DNA of 63,274 nt, the filler included. It is 5 parts of 5 records of this genome, joined end to end, with 100 filler letters (N's around TTAATTAATTAA, not from the genome) between each part and the next. Parts side by side here need not be neighbours in the genome. Positions count along the whole stretch, not along the records: positions 27,906 to 59,438 come from SRR20825010_1704; 4 more parts are not named here. One strand, written 5' to 3'. A model generated the notes under the pieces. That model saw nothing but the letters and a program-made list of their open reading frames with translations. It was not told where the DNA came from and ran no database searches. Positions within the stretch are counted from its first letter, which is position 1, and every line of letters starts with the position of its first letter. A program made the translations under genes and the position numbers. Positions 48,440 to 58,801 of the stretch are shown here, piece after piece.

Positions 48440-49746
48440 GCGACACTCACATCAATCGCGGTTTTCAGAGCGTTGACCATCCGGTCAAGTTCGCCATCTG
48501 TGACAGTGAATGCGGGGCCGATACAAAGTATGTCTCGTACCGCGCCCGTTCCGCCAGTGTAGAAGAATACGCCTTCCTCGACACCTGCGCCGACAATGCG
48601 CTGTGTCATACGGGTTTCCACGGGGAACATTTCGAGCGTTTCACGGTCTGCCACCACTTCAATGCCGAAGAAAAGGCCTTGGCCCCGAATTTCAGCAACA
48701 TTGGGATGTTGGCCTAGTGCAGCATCCAGACGTTCGCGCAGTTCCTCGCCCTTTTTGGCCGAGCGCGCAACCAGTTCCTCGCGCTCCATGATTTCGAGAA
48801 CTTTGTCTGCGGCAGCGCACGCACCCGGATGGCCGCTATATGTGTAGAACATCGGTGCCACGCCAGCATTGGCGAGAGGGGTCATCACATTGTCACTGGC
48901 AAAAACCCCGCATATTGGTGCGTAGCCTCCCGCAAGCCCTTTACCGGAAATCATGATATCGGCTTTGAGGTCGAAATGCTCGGCCGCGAAGTTTTTACCT
49001 GTACGTCCGAACCCCACCATCACTTCATCGGTGATGATGAGAATGCCGTGACGCCGACAAATATCCTGCACCATTGGCCAGTAGCGCGCGCCAGGCATGA
49101 TCGCACCACCGGATGAACCATTGATTGGTTCGCAGACAAAGGCCGCAATCGTATCTGGACCTTCATTCAAAATAAGATTTTCCAGTGCTTTTGCAGCCGC
49201 AATGTCGAAATCTGGATGATGTCGTCCAAGTGGTGATCTAAGGCTATAGGGCGTGGGCGCACGGAGCGCACCAGTCATCACACTCTCAAACCCGACCTTG
49301 CGCGCCACATGCCCGCCGACGGAGAGAGTGAGCGCTGTTGTGCCATGATATGAAATATCACGCCCGATAATTTTGGTCCGCCGCGTTTCACCCTTCGCAT
49401 TGAAATGTTGTAAGGCAATTTTAAAAGCGGCGTCGCAGGCTTCCGATCCACCGCTGGCAAGCCATACACGCGTTAGATGCGGTGGCAGCCAAGCGCGACG
49501 CAACCTTTCGACAAGCCGCTTACGCTGAGGTGTCGTGAATGGCGGGATCGCATAACTCATGGAGACCATTGCAGCCGCTGTCGCATCGGCAACTTCTTTT
49601 CGACCATGCCCGATGTTGGAAATAATAGCGCCGCCGCTGGCGTCCAGAAGAACCTTCCCGTTGCTCAAATAGAGTGTGCGGCCTTCGGCATGATCAACAT
49701 CGATGACATTGGGGTTTGGCACAAATGGCCAGAGCTGATCCGACAT
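48436..49746 (-). CDS. Class III PLP-dependent aminotransferase
   Basis: GGSEA, SYHG, EPI.G, DEVMVGFGRTG and SGKGLAGGY. Confidence 0.92.
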   Translation of the reverse strand: MSDQLWPFVPNPNVIDVDHAEGRTLYLSNGKVLLDASGGAIISNIGHGRKEVADATAAAMVSMSYAIPPFTTPQRKRLVERLRRAWLPPHLTRVWLASGGSEACDAAFKIALQHFNAKGETRRTKIIGRDISYHGTTALTLSVGGHVARKVGFESVMTGALRAPTPYSLRSPLGRHHPDFDIAAAKALENLILNEGPDTIAAFVCEPINGSSGGAIMPGARYWPMVQDICRRHGILIITDEVMVGFGRTGKNFAAEHFDLKADIMISGKGLAGGYAPICGVFASDNVMTPLANAGVAPMFYTYSGHPGACAAADKVLEIMEREELVARSAKKGEELRERLDAALGQHPNVAEIRGQGLFFGIEVVADRETLEMFPVETRMTQRIVGAGVEEGVFFYTGGTGAVRDILCIGPAFTVTDGELDRMVNALKTAIDVSVA

Positions 49747-49765
49747 ACAAGTTTCCTAGATTGGT

Positions 49766-50638
49766 CTAAAGACCCGCAAATGTATTGCAGGCCGAAGGCT
49801 TGCCACTATCATATCCGCGTCTCAGCCACTGCGTGCGTTGGGCGCTGGACCCGTGTGTGAAGCTATCTGGCATAACGCGACCTTGCGAGCGGCGCTGCAA
49901 TGTGTCGTCGCCTATTGCGTTGGCAGCGCGCAATCCGTCTTCGATATCATTGCGATCTATTATGATCGCTCCATCTGAGGCCGCGCCTGCATTTGCCGCC
50001 CAGACACCGGCATAACAATCTGCCTGAAGCTCCAATGCAACAGAGTAGCGGTTGGCCTCCGCTTTGCTTGATGCTCGCTTTTGCGCAGCCTGCACTTTGG
50101 CCGATGTGCCCAGTACGGTCTGAACATGATGTCCGACCTCATGTGCAATCACATAGGCCTTGGCGAATTCGCCGGGTGCACCAAAGCGCGTGGATAGTTC
50201 GTTGAAGAAATCAAGATCAAGATAGATGCGCTCGTCTCGCGGACAATAGAAGGGCCCCATGGCCGACTGGCCCATGCCGCAACCCGTGCCGGTGGCTTGT
50301 GTATAGATCACAAGAGGTTGTGGACGACGATAGGGGGTGGCATTGCCTTCAAGCAATCCTGTCCAAACGCGTGTTGAAGATGTGAGGATGACGTCGACAA
50401 ATTTTCCGGCCTGATCCTCAGGCGTCCCGCGTTGGCCTTCGGTTTGTGTATAGGATGTACCACCTCCGCCCTGATCTATCGCACCGATCAAAGTGGCCGG
50501 ATCAATGCCGAAGACAAAGTAGCCGACTAGCAAAATCGCGACGCCACCAAGACCGATCCCGCCACCACGTGATACTCTAGGCCGCATGCCGCGCCGGTCT
50601 TCTATATTACCGCCGCGTTCTCCATCTTCCCAGCGCAT
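49766..50638 (-). CDS. YpfJ-like neutral zinc metallopeptidase
   Basis: NIEDRRG, GPFYCP.D, AHEVGHHVQ, ELQADC and SFTHGSS.QR. Confidence 0.9.
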   Translation of the reverse strand: MRWEDGERGGNIEDRRGMRPRVSRGGGIGLGGVAILLVGYFVFGIDPATLIGAIDQGGGGTSYTQTEGQRGTPEDQAGKFVDVILTSSTRVWTGLLEGNATPYRRPQPLVIYTQATGTGCGMGQSAMGPFYCPRDERIYLDLDFFNELSTRFGAPGEFAKAYVIAHEVGHHVQTVLGTSAKVQAAQKRASSKAEANRYSVALELQADCYAGVWAANAGAASDGAIIIDRNDIEDGLRAANAIGDDTLQRRSQGRVMPDSFTHGSSAQRTQWLRRGYDSGKPSACNTFAGL

Positions 50639-50742
50639 CATGTCCTCATCAGCTGTTCTTGTATTTTCAGTATGGCCTAAGCGCGGCCCCGCTTCCATGC
50701 GACATCGCTCCATCGTATGGTGCGGCTATCTGGAGGTTTATC

Positions 50743-52020
50743 TTGAAAATTGTCGTTGTAGGCGCCGGTATTATCGGCGTGACCACCGCATATGAGCTGG
50801 CCGAACGCGGGCATCAGGTGACATTGCTGGACGGCCGCAACGGGGCCGGACTGGAAACGAGCTTTGCAAATGGCGGCCAGCTAAGCGCCAGCGAGGTCGC
50901 GCCTTGGGCCGGACCAGAAGTGCCTTGGCTTGTGATGCGCTGGCTTGGCCGCGTAGATGCGCCGTTTCGCTTGAAGATAAAGCCCGATCCCGAACAATGG
51001 TTGTGGCTTTGGCGCTTTCTCTTGAGGTGCCGAACTTCGGCTCGCGCCGAGCGTCTGCTGCCAAATCTGGGTCTAGCGCTTCTGTCGCGCGCGCGCATGG
51101 ATGCGATTGCAACGAAATTCGACAATGACCCGATTAATTTTGACGAAAAGCGGGAAGGCATTCTCCAAGTTTTCCATCACGAGGCAGGATTGAAGAGTGC
51201 CGCCCGATCCATTGACCAGATGGATAGAGCTGGTCTTCCCCAACGTGTTTTGACCCCCCAAGAAATCGTGGATCTGGAGCCTGCACTGGGTCCGACTGTG
51301 GAACAGGGAGGCGTTGTAGGTGGCCTTTTTTGTGAGGGTGACCGAAGTGGGGACGCCCATAAATATACACAGGCACTGGCCGAGCGCGCACAGAAGCTCG
51401 GTGTGGCTTTCGTTTCCTCTGCCGAAGTCACCGGTTTCGATATGAAAGGTGACCGACTAACAGGTGTCCGGACAAGAGCATGGACCTTTGATGCTGATGC
51501 TATTGTGCTTGCCGCGGGCGTCGGGACGGCGCGGTTGGCGCGTATGGTTGGGCTTCGCCTGCCTGTCTATCCGCTCAAGGGTTATTCAGTAACCTTGCCT
51601 GTCGACGGGCTTCAGGCTCCACAGATCAGCATGACTGACGAAGCCCGCAAAGTTGTGGTCTCAAGACTGGGGAACCGGCTTCGAATTGCGGGCACAGCCG
51701 AAATAAGCGGCTACGATACCGAATTGGAGATGCCTCGCGCTCGTTCGGTCTTGAACGCAACCATGTCGCTTTTCCCTCAGATGGAAGAGGTCAGGGATCG
51801 GGCCGAATTCTGGACAGGCTTGCGACCGATGAGCTCGGATGGCAGCCCAATTCTTGGGCAGGCCGGTCGATTCAAAAATCTCTATCTCAACACGGGTCAC
51901 GGCTCCCTTGGCTGGACAATGGCAGCTGGAAGTGCCTCTGCGGTCGCAGATCAGGTCTGCGGCGCGGCGTCGCAATTTGACTTAAGTCCTTTCAGCATAA
52001 AGAGATTTTACTTTACCTGA
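50743..52020 (+). CDS. dadA: D-amino acid dehydrogenase
   Basis: GAGIIG, ETSFANGGQLS, YPLKGYS, WTGLRP and NTGHG.LGWTM; TTG start after GGAGG. Confidence 0.88.
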   Translation: MKIVVVGAGIIGVTTAYELAERGHQVTLLDGRNGAGLETSFANGGQLSASEVAPWAGPEVPWLVMRWLGRVDAPFRLKIKPDPEQWLWLWRFLLRCRTSARAERLLPNLGLALLSRARMDAIATKFDNDPINFDEKREGILQVFHHEAGLKSAARSIDQMDRAGLPQRVLTPQEIVDLEPALGPTVEQGGVVGGLFCEGDRSGDAHKYTQALAERAQKLGVAFVSSAEVTGFDMKGDRLTGVRTRAWTFDADAIVLAAGVGTARLARMVGLRLPVYPLKGYSVTLPVDGLQAPQISMTDEARKVVVSRLGNRLRIAGTAEISGYDTELEMPRARSVLNATMSLFPQMEEVRDRAEFWTGLRPMSSDGSPILGQAGRFKNLYLNTGHGSLGWTMAAGSASAVADQVCGAASQFDLSPFSIKRFYFT

Positions 52021-52037
52021 TCGCTGGAAATGAGGCA

Positions 52038-52135
52038 TTTTTGTGCGATGCACAAAAACCACTTGACGGTAGGGCTATTGCCCCTTATTTCATTGTGCAA
52101 CGCACAAATTCATCGACTTGGTTTGTGCATCGCAC
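52038..52135. promoter_or_regulatory. Three PhaR-type TGC-N3-GCA boxes around the phasin promoter
   Basis: TTTTTGTGC-GAT-GCACAAAAA (52038-52058), TTGTGC-AAC-GCACAA (52093-52107) and TTGTGC-ATC-GCAC (52123-52135); TTGACG -35 at 52063. Confidence 0.75.
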
Positions 52136-52176
52136 TGCACGGAAAAGCAGCGCCCCCGCAAAGCAGGAGATTTTAG

Positions 52177-52554
52177 ATGACTGAAGCGACCACAGCCCCC
52201 AAGGCCAAAGCCAAGAAGACGACAAAAGCCAAGCCGGCTGCTGCCAAGAAGCCCGCTGCTTCGAAAGCTGCTCCGAAGAAGGTGAAAACCCCCATTGAAA
52301 TGGCTCAGGGCATCATCACTGAACTCACGCGTACCAATTATGAAGAGACCGTTGAAACAGCCAAGGCTGTGATGAAATCCGGTGACATTCGTTCGGCTGT
52401 CGAACTTCAGAGCGAATTCGTTCGTGCCTCGCTGAAGCGCAATATCGATGCCGCCCGCGAAATCAACGAGCTCGCCGTGTCGGCTGTGCGTGAAGCCACT
52501 GCGCCTTACGCCGCTAAGTTCACGGAAGCTTTCGAAAAGCTCCGCGCCGCCTAA
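52177..52554 (+). CDS. Phasin family protein with Ala/Lys/Pro-rich N-terminus
   Basis: AVELQSEFVR amphipathic phasin helix; PhaR-type boxes upstream. Confidence 0.8.
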   Translation: MTEATTAPKAKAKKTTKAKPAAAKKPAASKAAPKKVKTPIEMAQGIITELTRTNYEETVETAKAVMKSGDIRSAVELQSEFVRASLKRNIDAAREINELAVSAVREATAPYAAKFTEAFEKLRAA

Positions 52555-52590
52555 TTTGGCGCTACAATCTCTAGCTAGTCCTGTTGTGTA

Positions 52591-52622
52591 AAAGCCCGCC
52601 CCTTTGTTGAGGGGCGGGCTTT
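52591..52622. terminator. Bidirectional rho-independent terminator
   Basis: AAAGCCCGCCCCT-TTGTTG-AGGGGCGGGCTTT between convergent genes. Confidence 0.85.
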
Positions 52623-52648
52623 GTATTTTCGAAACATGATTTTTCGCG

Positions 52649-53155
52649 TTAGTCGGCGCGAGCAGCTAGTCGCTGACGAAGTGAAAGCACCGGTGTCTTG
52701 CCGTCTGCGCTTGTCTGATAGGCATAGGTGAATGTGGCCAACGCCTCCGCATAGGCTTCTGGGGTAATGTCGTCACCGACTTCCAATGCATCAAACCCGA
52801 CGCGCTTCATGTAATTGAACTGGTCGCGCAATACACCGCCCACGGCACGTACTTCACCTTTGAAGCCGAAGCGGTCACGCAGCATGCGCGCATAGGAATA
52901 GGCGCGTCCGTTGCGATAAGTGGGGAACTCAAGTGCGACAAGATCCAGACGGTCAAGGTAGTCAGCAATCGGTGTCGGCTCCTGTCCGCTTTTCAGGCGA
53001 ATGCCGAGCTTGTCCTTGCGTGCGAGAAGCGCATTCTGGTCTGTATTAAAGCGTTCAAGGCTGACAATTACGGGGCCACTTTCAGGTAGCGCGTCGTCAT
53101 CGCCAAGCGTTGTCCATTCGTCAGTAATGAACGCGTCGTTCTTAATGAGCTGCAT
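52649..53155 (-). CDS. DUF934 protein (sulfite reductase-associated)
   Basis: LEFP.YRNGRAYS.AR.LR.RFGF.GEVRAVG.VLRDQ...RVGFD. Confidence 0.88.
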   Translation of the reverse strand: MQLIKNDAFITDEWTTLGDDDALPESGPVIVSLERFNTDQNALLARKDKLGIRLKSGQEPTPIADYLDRLDLVALEFPTYRNGRAYSYARMLRDRFGFKGEVRAVGGVLRDQFNYMKRVGFDALEVGDDITPEAYAEALATFTYAYQTSADGKTPVLSLRQRLAARAD

Positions 53156-54800
53156 AGAGTTTATCCTTGAACGGCTGCACACCGACGCGACGGTAGGTGT
53201 CGATGAAGATTTCGCCGTCTTGGCGCAGTTCCATATAGGTGCCGATTATGGTCTCGACCGCATCGATAATCTCTGCCTCAGTGAAGGCAGGGCCAACAAT
53301 ATCACCAATGGCGGCTGTCTCGTCAGCCGCACCGCCCAGTGTGACCTGATAATATTCGACGCCTTTTTTGTCCACGCCAAGGATGCCGATATGGCCAACA
53401 TGGTGATGGCCGCAAGCATTAATGCACCCAGACATGTTGACGTGTAACCGTCCGATATCCTGCTGGCGGGCAATATCCTGAAAGCGCTCGGAAAGGCGTT
53501 GCGCAATCGGGATCGAGCGGGCATTTGCGAGGTTGCAATAGTCCAGACCGGGGCAGGCAATCTGGTCGGTGATCAATCCGATATTCGCAGTTGCAAGATC
53601 ATGTGCTTTTAAAGCGGTGTACACCTCGAAAAGATCGCGCTTGCGCACATGGGCAAGGCACAAATTCTGTTCGTGAGCCGCGCGCACTTCCGAGAATGCG
53701 TATTTGTCGGCAATGTCGGCGATGGCATCCATCTGCTCAGCCGAGCAATCGCCAGGTGTCAGGCCGACGGGCTTGAGTGAAATATTTACGATGCTGTAGC
53801 CCGGCATTTTGTGCTTTGACACATTGGACTTCATCCAGTCGGCAAAGCCCTTGTCCTTGGCAATCAATGCGTCGATTTCCGGCACATCATCGGAAAGGTC
53901 TTCCCAGGCGGGGGGCGCAAAATATTGCTGAATGCGGGCAACTTCTTCGTCGGGTAGATTCAATGCTCCGCGCGCTTTGATTTCCTTGAATTCTTCCTCG
54001 ACCTGACGTCGGATCTCGTCGACACCAGCTTCGTGGATCAAAATCTTGATACGGGCTTTATAAGAATTGTCGCGGCGTCCAAACATATTGTAGACGCGCA
54101 GAATGGCTTCCAGATAGCCAAGCAGATCTTCGCGCGTCACAAAGTCGGAGACTTTTTTGCCAATGATAGGCGTCCGGCCGAGTCCGCCACCGGCCCAGAC
54201 TTCATAGCCAATTTCGCCCGCCGCGTTCTTGACGACCTGAACACCGATGTCGTGCACACGAATGGCGGCACGGTCATTCTCTGTCGCTGATACAGCAATC
54301 TTAAATTTGCGCGGCAGGTAGGAGAATTCGGGATGGAAGGTTGACCACTGGCGGATCAATTCGCAAATCACGCGGGGGTCTTCTAATTCGCCCGGCGCAG
54401 CACCGGCATGATGGTCTGAAGTCGTGTTGCGAATGCAGTTGCCCGATGTCTGAATGCAATGCATCTCGACCGAAGCAAGCTCTTCCAGAATGGCGGGTAC
54501 ATCCTTCAGCGCTGGCCAATTCAGCTGGAGGTTCTGGCGCGTGGTGAAATGGCCATAGCCCTTATCATATTTACGTTCGATCTCTGCAAGTTTGCGCACT
54601 TGACGCGAACCCAGCGTGCCATAGGGAATGGCAATGCGCAGCATGTAGGCATGCAACTGCAGATAGACACCGTTCATCAAGCGCAGGGGCTTGAAGTCGT
54701 CTTCTGCCAATTCGCCGGACAGCCGGCGTTCTACCTGTCCGCGAAATTGCGCGACACGCTCGTTCACCATCTGCTGATCGAATTCATCATACCGGTACAT
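53142..54800 (-). CDS. cysI: Nitrite/sulfite reductase hemoprotein (CysI-like)
   Basis: MYRYDEFDQ, HFTTRQN, LPRKFKIA, CPGLDYC and SGCINACGHH siroheme/4Fe-4S ligands. Confidence 0.92.
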   Translation of the reverse strand: MYRYDEFDQQMVNERVAQFRGQVERRLSGELAEDDFKPLRLMNGVYLQLHAYMLRIAIPYGTLGSRQVRKLAEIERKYDKGYGHFTTRQNLQLNWPALKDVPAILEELASVEMHCIQTSGNCIRNTTSDHHAGAAPGELEDPRVICELIRQWSTFHPEFSYLPRKFKIAVSATENDRAAIRVHDIGVQVVKNAAGEIGYEVWAGGGLGRTPIIGKKVSDFVTREDLLGYLEAILRVYNMFGRRDNSYKARIKILIHEAGVDEIRRQVEEEFKEIKARGALNLPDEEVARIQQYFAPPAWEDLSDDVPEIDALIAKDKGFADWMKSNVSKHKMPGYSIVNISLKPVGLTPGDCSAEQMDAIADIADKYAFSEVRAAHEQNLCLAHVRKRDLFEVYTALKAHDLATANIGLITDQIACPGLDYCNLANARSIPIAQRLSERFQDIARQQDIGRLHVNMSGCINACGHHHVGHIGILGVDKKGVEYYQVTLGGAADETAAIGDIVGPAFTEAEIIDAVETIIGTYMELRQDGEIFIDTYRRVGVQPFKDKLYAAH

Positions 54801-54839
54801 GATACGTCCTATTCAAATTTGACTGTTCACTCCTGAAAC

Positions 54840-55178
54840 TCAGGAGTGAACGCCATCAAGCTCTGCCTGTTTGCCAAGATCCGTGCGCACCGTCGGACCG
54901 GCCTGACGGATTGCTTCGCGCACGCTGGCGGCGCGGATACCCGTGTCGGCTTGTTCGATTTCAAAGAGATAGATGTCGACGACGAGCACATCCGGATCGA
55001 GAAATTTGAGAGCGCGCGCGAGCAAGGCCTCAGCCGCTTCTTTGCCATCGGCCACTTCGGCGTCTTGCAGCGATTCAGCCCATTCGTTGTTCTTGGTCAG
55101 ATAAACAACAACACCGTCTGACAGGCGATTTGCTGTGACTGCCTGAAACTGGGCACCTTTGCGCGAATGTTGGGCCAA
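54840..55178 (-). CDS. DUF2849 protein
   Basis: VTANRLSDG.VVYL and RE.IR..GPT; TTG start at 55178 after AAGGAGG. Confidence 0.85.
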   Translation of the reverse strand: MAQHSRKGAQFQAVTANRLSDGVVVYLTKNNEWAESLQDAEVADGKEAAEALLARALKFLDPDVLVVDIYLFEIEQADTGIRAASVREAIRQAGPTVRTDLGKQAELDGVHS

Positions 55179-55357
55179 AATGCCCTCCTTCAAACTCTGG
55201 AGTCACGAAAGCCGGCCCGTCTACGGACCTCTCTCAAGTTGGGCGTAACATGGGATTTTTTATAAAGCGCGTCAACCGGAGTGTGAAAATATATTATTGC
55301 CAATTAATTTAAGTGGAATTGATCATTTTTGGCTTATTTCTGCCGATTTTGAATCGC

Positions 55358-56149
55358 TCAGCCTTCGCGTCCGACAGCACTTTCATGCCAATGCCGCAGC
55401 AGGCGGTTCTCCACCCATGAAAGGATAAAAAAGATCACAATTCCCAGAACCGACAGCAGCAGGAGCGCGGCAAACATTTTGGGAATATCGAGCCGGTTGC
55501 CAGCCTCAATGATCCGCCAGGCAAGGCCCGTCGATGCACCCGATCCGGCCACGAATTCAGCCACCACAGCGCCGATAAGGGCGAGGCCGCCGGAAATTTT
55601 CATGCCTGCCAGCATGTAGGGCAGGGCGGAAGGCAGCAGGAGTTCGCTCAGCACCTGCCAGCGGCTGGCACCATAGAGCCGGAAGAGATCATGCAGATTG
55701 TGGTCGGCAGAGCGCAGACCGAGTGTCGTGTTGGACAGGATGGGGAAGAAGGCCACGATCCAGGCGATGATGAGCAGTGCCAGTTCCACACGGTCATAGC
55801 CCACCCAGATCAGGATGAGCGGGGCAATTGAGACGACAGGCGTGACCTGAAGAATGACGGCGTAGGGAAAGAGAGCTGCTTCGGCAATTCGGCTCTGTGA
55901 AAAGACAATGGCAATTCCGACACCGCCGATGACGGCGAGTGCGAAGGCAAGCAATGTGACGCGCAAGGTGACCCAAAGCGATCCCATGAGCGAGCCGAAA
56001 TTGGTCATCAGGCTTTCCGCAATCCGGCTCGGCGCGGGCAACACGAATTCAGGCACACCATTCACGCGCACCAGAACTTCCCAGAGCAGAATGAACCCGA
56101 TGCCGACGAAAAGCGGGACGAGAATGCGAAGCGCGCGGGAGTCTTCCAT
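55358..56149 (-). CDS. ABC transporter permease (SsuC/TauC/NMT1-type)
   Basis: LPAPS.I, QVTPVVSIAPL and ALIGAVVAEF; TAATG overlap with the ATPase gene. Confidence 0.92.
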   Translation of the reverse strand: MEDSRALRILVPLFVGIGFILLWEVLVRVNGVPEFVLPAPSRIAESLMTNFGSLMGSLWVTLRVTLLAFALAVIGGVGIAIVFSQSRIAEAALFPYAVILQVTPVVSIAPLILIWVGYDRVELALLIIAWIVAFFPILSNTTLGLRSADHNLHDLFRLYGASRWQVLSELLLPSALPYMLAGMKISGGLALIGAVVAEFVAGSGASTGLAWRIIEAGNRLDIPKMFAALLLLSVLGIVIFFILSWVENRLLRHWHESAVGREG

Positions 56150-56928
56150 TATGCGGCTCCTGTTTCTTGCGGGCGCAGCGCATCGGAAATCCCGGCGCAA
56201 TAGTCCAGATAGGACGGCTTGGAACGAAAGGCGCGACCACGCGGGAACGGCTCGTCAATGGTTATGTCGCGCAAAATACGCCCCGGACGCGCACCCATGA
56301 CCAGCACGCGCTCTGACAGATAGACTGACTCATAAACGCTATGTGTGACGAAAATCACGGTCCAGTTTTCCGCTTGCCATAAGGCCAGCAAATCATCATC
56401 GAGCTTCTCGCGTGTGAATTCGTCAAGCGCCGCAAAAGGCTCGTCCATCAAAAGCACAGGCGGACGGGTGACAAGCGCCCGCGCGATGGAAACGCGCATC
56501 TTCATGCCGCCCGACAATTCCCGCGGATAGGATTTTGCAAAATCGGCCAGCCCGACGCGCGACAGCGCATCCATGATCTGCGGGGCAACCTCTTTGGAGG
56601 ATTGGCCTTTGAGCTTGAACGGCAGATAAACATTCTCGAACACGCTTGCCCAAGGCATCAGCGTTGCATCCTGAAAAACAAAGCCAATGTCGTCAGGCCG
56701 TATTCCATTGTGGCCAGCCCAATCGATCTCGCCGCTGCTCGGCGCAATGAGACCGGCAACCATGCGCAACAAAGTGCTCTTGCCGCAGCCCGACGGTCCA
56801 AGCAGCGAGACGAATGACCCTTGTGCTATCGACGTCGAAACGCCTTCCAGCGCAAGTGTGCCGTTATCATAAGTCTTGGAGACGTTATGAAGGTCAATAA
56901 GCTGGTGGGAGGTTTTTGCTTGTGTCAT
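56149..56928 (-). CDS. ABC transporter ATP-binding protein (SsuB/TauB-type)
   Basis: GPSGCGKST, LSGGMKMR and LMDEPFAALD. Confidence 0.95.
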   Translation of the reverse strand: MTQAKTSHQLIDLHNVSKTYDNGTLALEGVSTSIAQGSFVSLLGPSGCGKSTLLRMVAGLIAPSSGEIDWAGHNGIRPDDIGFVFQDATLMPWASVFENVYLPFKLKGQSSKEVAPQIMDALSRVGLADFAKSYPRELSGGMKMRVSIARALVTRPPVLLMDEPFAALDEFTREKLDDDLLALWQAENWTVIFVTHSVYESVYLSERVLVMGARPGRILRDITIDEPFPRGRAFRSKPSYLDYCAGISDALRPQETGAA

Positions 56929-56935
56929 TCCGTCG

Positions 56936-58792
56936 TCAGCAACCTTGCTGAGTGGGTGTCGGTGAAAATCTGAGCCGTTGCTCGCCTAGCATTATATCGG
57001 GTAACAGGTTTGGAAGTGGCGCAACAAATTCAGGCTTGTCCTTGACCATTCGTTTGTTGGTTTCGGTACAGTAGTTCTCTGGATGCCATCTTCCGAGAAC
57101 TTTCCATTGTCTATCCTCATCGAGACCTAGGGCAATAACTTCGCCATAAGAAGACAAGATGATTTCGCTCTGTTCGTCCTTATTCAAATCTACAATACGT
57201 GCATTGCATTTTCCGGTTGGCGCTCGAAGGCAATCGGGAAGTTTTCCCTGAGACTCAGAGGACCAGTCCTGATTGATAAAAGATTCAGGCAGCGCTTGAT
57301 TTTGGTCGAGTAGCGTTATGTTTTTCTCCAATGCCCTGGCATTCGGGCGGGATACTGCTGCGTTGTATTTACTCCGAGAGTCTAGCGCAGCTTGAACATT
57401 TTCGTGCATCAATGCGCTGTCTTCCCCGTCATACTTCGACAGGCGTTCCAGCGCAGCCTTGCCATAACGTCCGCCATCCCAACGTAGACTCTTGAAGTCG
57501 AGTGTGGCGGCGTCAACTACTCCGCGCTCGAAGCGTGCCATTTGGCTCGATACGCCAATGCGTATGGGGTCCGCTATCGGGGTTAGAAGCATAATCATCA
57601 CAGCAAGAATGAATATGGCTGCGCAAAAATTCCAATCCTCTATCGTCTTGAGCCATGCCCCGCGCTGGAGTGCGGCATAGAAGTATCCAATGGCATAGAA
57701 GGCCGCGATGATAACGCAGGCAAAGGCCAGAACGCGCTCGCTGGTCCAGCCATATTGCTGTACGCGCAATATAATAGCATAGGCAGCGAGGACTGTGAGC
57801 GGCACAGGCACAAACATTGATGCCAGCGTCACGTAACGTAAAAGAGAGTGCGGCGCGCGCTCCGCAGCGCCGTCCTGATAAACGGCGTTGATGAGAATGA
57901 GTATGATGGCGGCGGAAGACAACATCAGAGCGGCGGCGCTCTGTGTGCCCCAAAGTAGCTGGATACCTGTGAAAGGCAATGCAAGCAGAAACCCGTAAAC
58001 GAGTAATGTGAGCAACGGCAAGAGCCATGACAGAAGCGTCAGCGCCAGAGTGCGTGCGCCGCGAATGAGGCCCGCATTGACATCAGTGATATGAAGGGCC
58101 CCAGCAACAACAAGTGCAGAGATGGGGATGGAAAACCATTCACGTTTCAAGAGTTCACTGAGAAACGTAAGTTTGATGATTTGAAATAGTTCTGCTCCAA
58201 GCCAAAGAAACGCCCAGAACACACCGACAAAGGCGGAGGTCAGCGCCACTTGAATGCCATGTTTCCAGGCCACATCAAAATGTGTTGGGTAGCTCGCTAT
58301 AAACTTACGTTCGCCATCACCACCCACGATCAATGTATGTGTGATGAACAAGCTTGCGGTCACTGATGCAAAAAAGAAAAAGGAAGGGATGATATGCGGT
58401 ACCCAACCGCTTTGATCCTTCATTGCGTCGCTGCCAAATTGGTTTTGCTGCGCGGCCTTGTATGACCAGTCGACTGGCCAAGCGTGCCAGATTTCGTAAA
58501 AGGCTAAAGCAGAAAGCGCAACGGTCGCGGAGACAAGCCAAAAAAGGAGTGTGCGAATGCGCATCGTACCCACCGCTTGAATGGCGATGAGCGGCACGAA
58601 TAATGAAACAATCAGCATCGGCGCAAAAAAGAGGCCGCTCGTAGCGGGCCACATTTTTTCTTCTATAGCGAGATAAAGGAGATATAGCGCCACACCTTGA
58701 ACTAAACCGATGGCAAGGCGAAGAGCGAATAGATTTTGCGCACGCGCTGGCGATAGAAAATTCTGATCGGGCATCAGACCTCGCAAAGACAA
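56936..58792 (-). CDS. DUF4153-like polytopic membrane protein
   Basis: More than 10 TM segments; LRVQQYGWT..R and DP.RI.V.SQ.AR; alternative start at ATG 58774. Confidence 0.72.
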   Translation of the reverse strand: MSLRGLMPDQNFLSPARAQNLFALRLAIGLVQGVALYLLYLAIEEKMWPATSGLFFAPMLIVSLFVPLIAIQAVGTMRIRTLLFWLVSATVALSALAFYEIWHAWPVDWSYKAAQQNQFGSDAMKDQSGWVPHIIPSFFFFASVTASLFITHTLIVGGDGERKFIASYPTHFDVAWKHGIQVALTSAFVGVFWAFLWLGAELFQIIKLTFLSELLKREWFSIPISALVVAGALHITDVNAGLIRGARTLALTLLSWLLPLLTLLVYGFLLALPFTGIQLLWGTQSAAALMLSSAAIILILINAVYQDGAAERAPHSLLRYVTLASMFVPVPLTVLAAYAIILRVQQYGWTSERVLAFACVIIAAFYAIGYFYAALQRGAWLKTIEDWNFCAAIFILAVMIMLLTPIADPIRIGVSSQMARFERGVVDAATLDFKSLRWDGGRYGKAALERLSKYDGEDSALMHENVQAALDSRSKYNAAVSRPNARALEKNITLLDQNQALPESFINQDWSSESQGKLPDCLRAPTGKCNARIVDLNKDEQSEIILSSYGEVIALGLDEDRQWKVLGRWHPENYCTETNKRMVKDKPEFVAPLPNLLPDIMLGEQRLRFSPTPTQQGC

Positions 58793-58801
58793 GAGGTTGG
58801 A

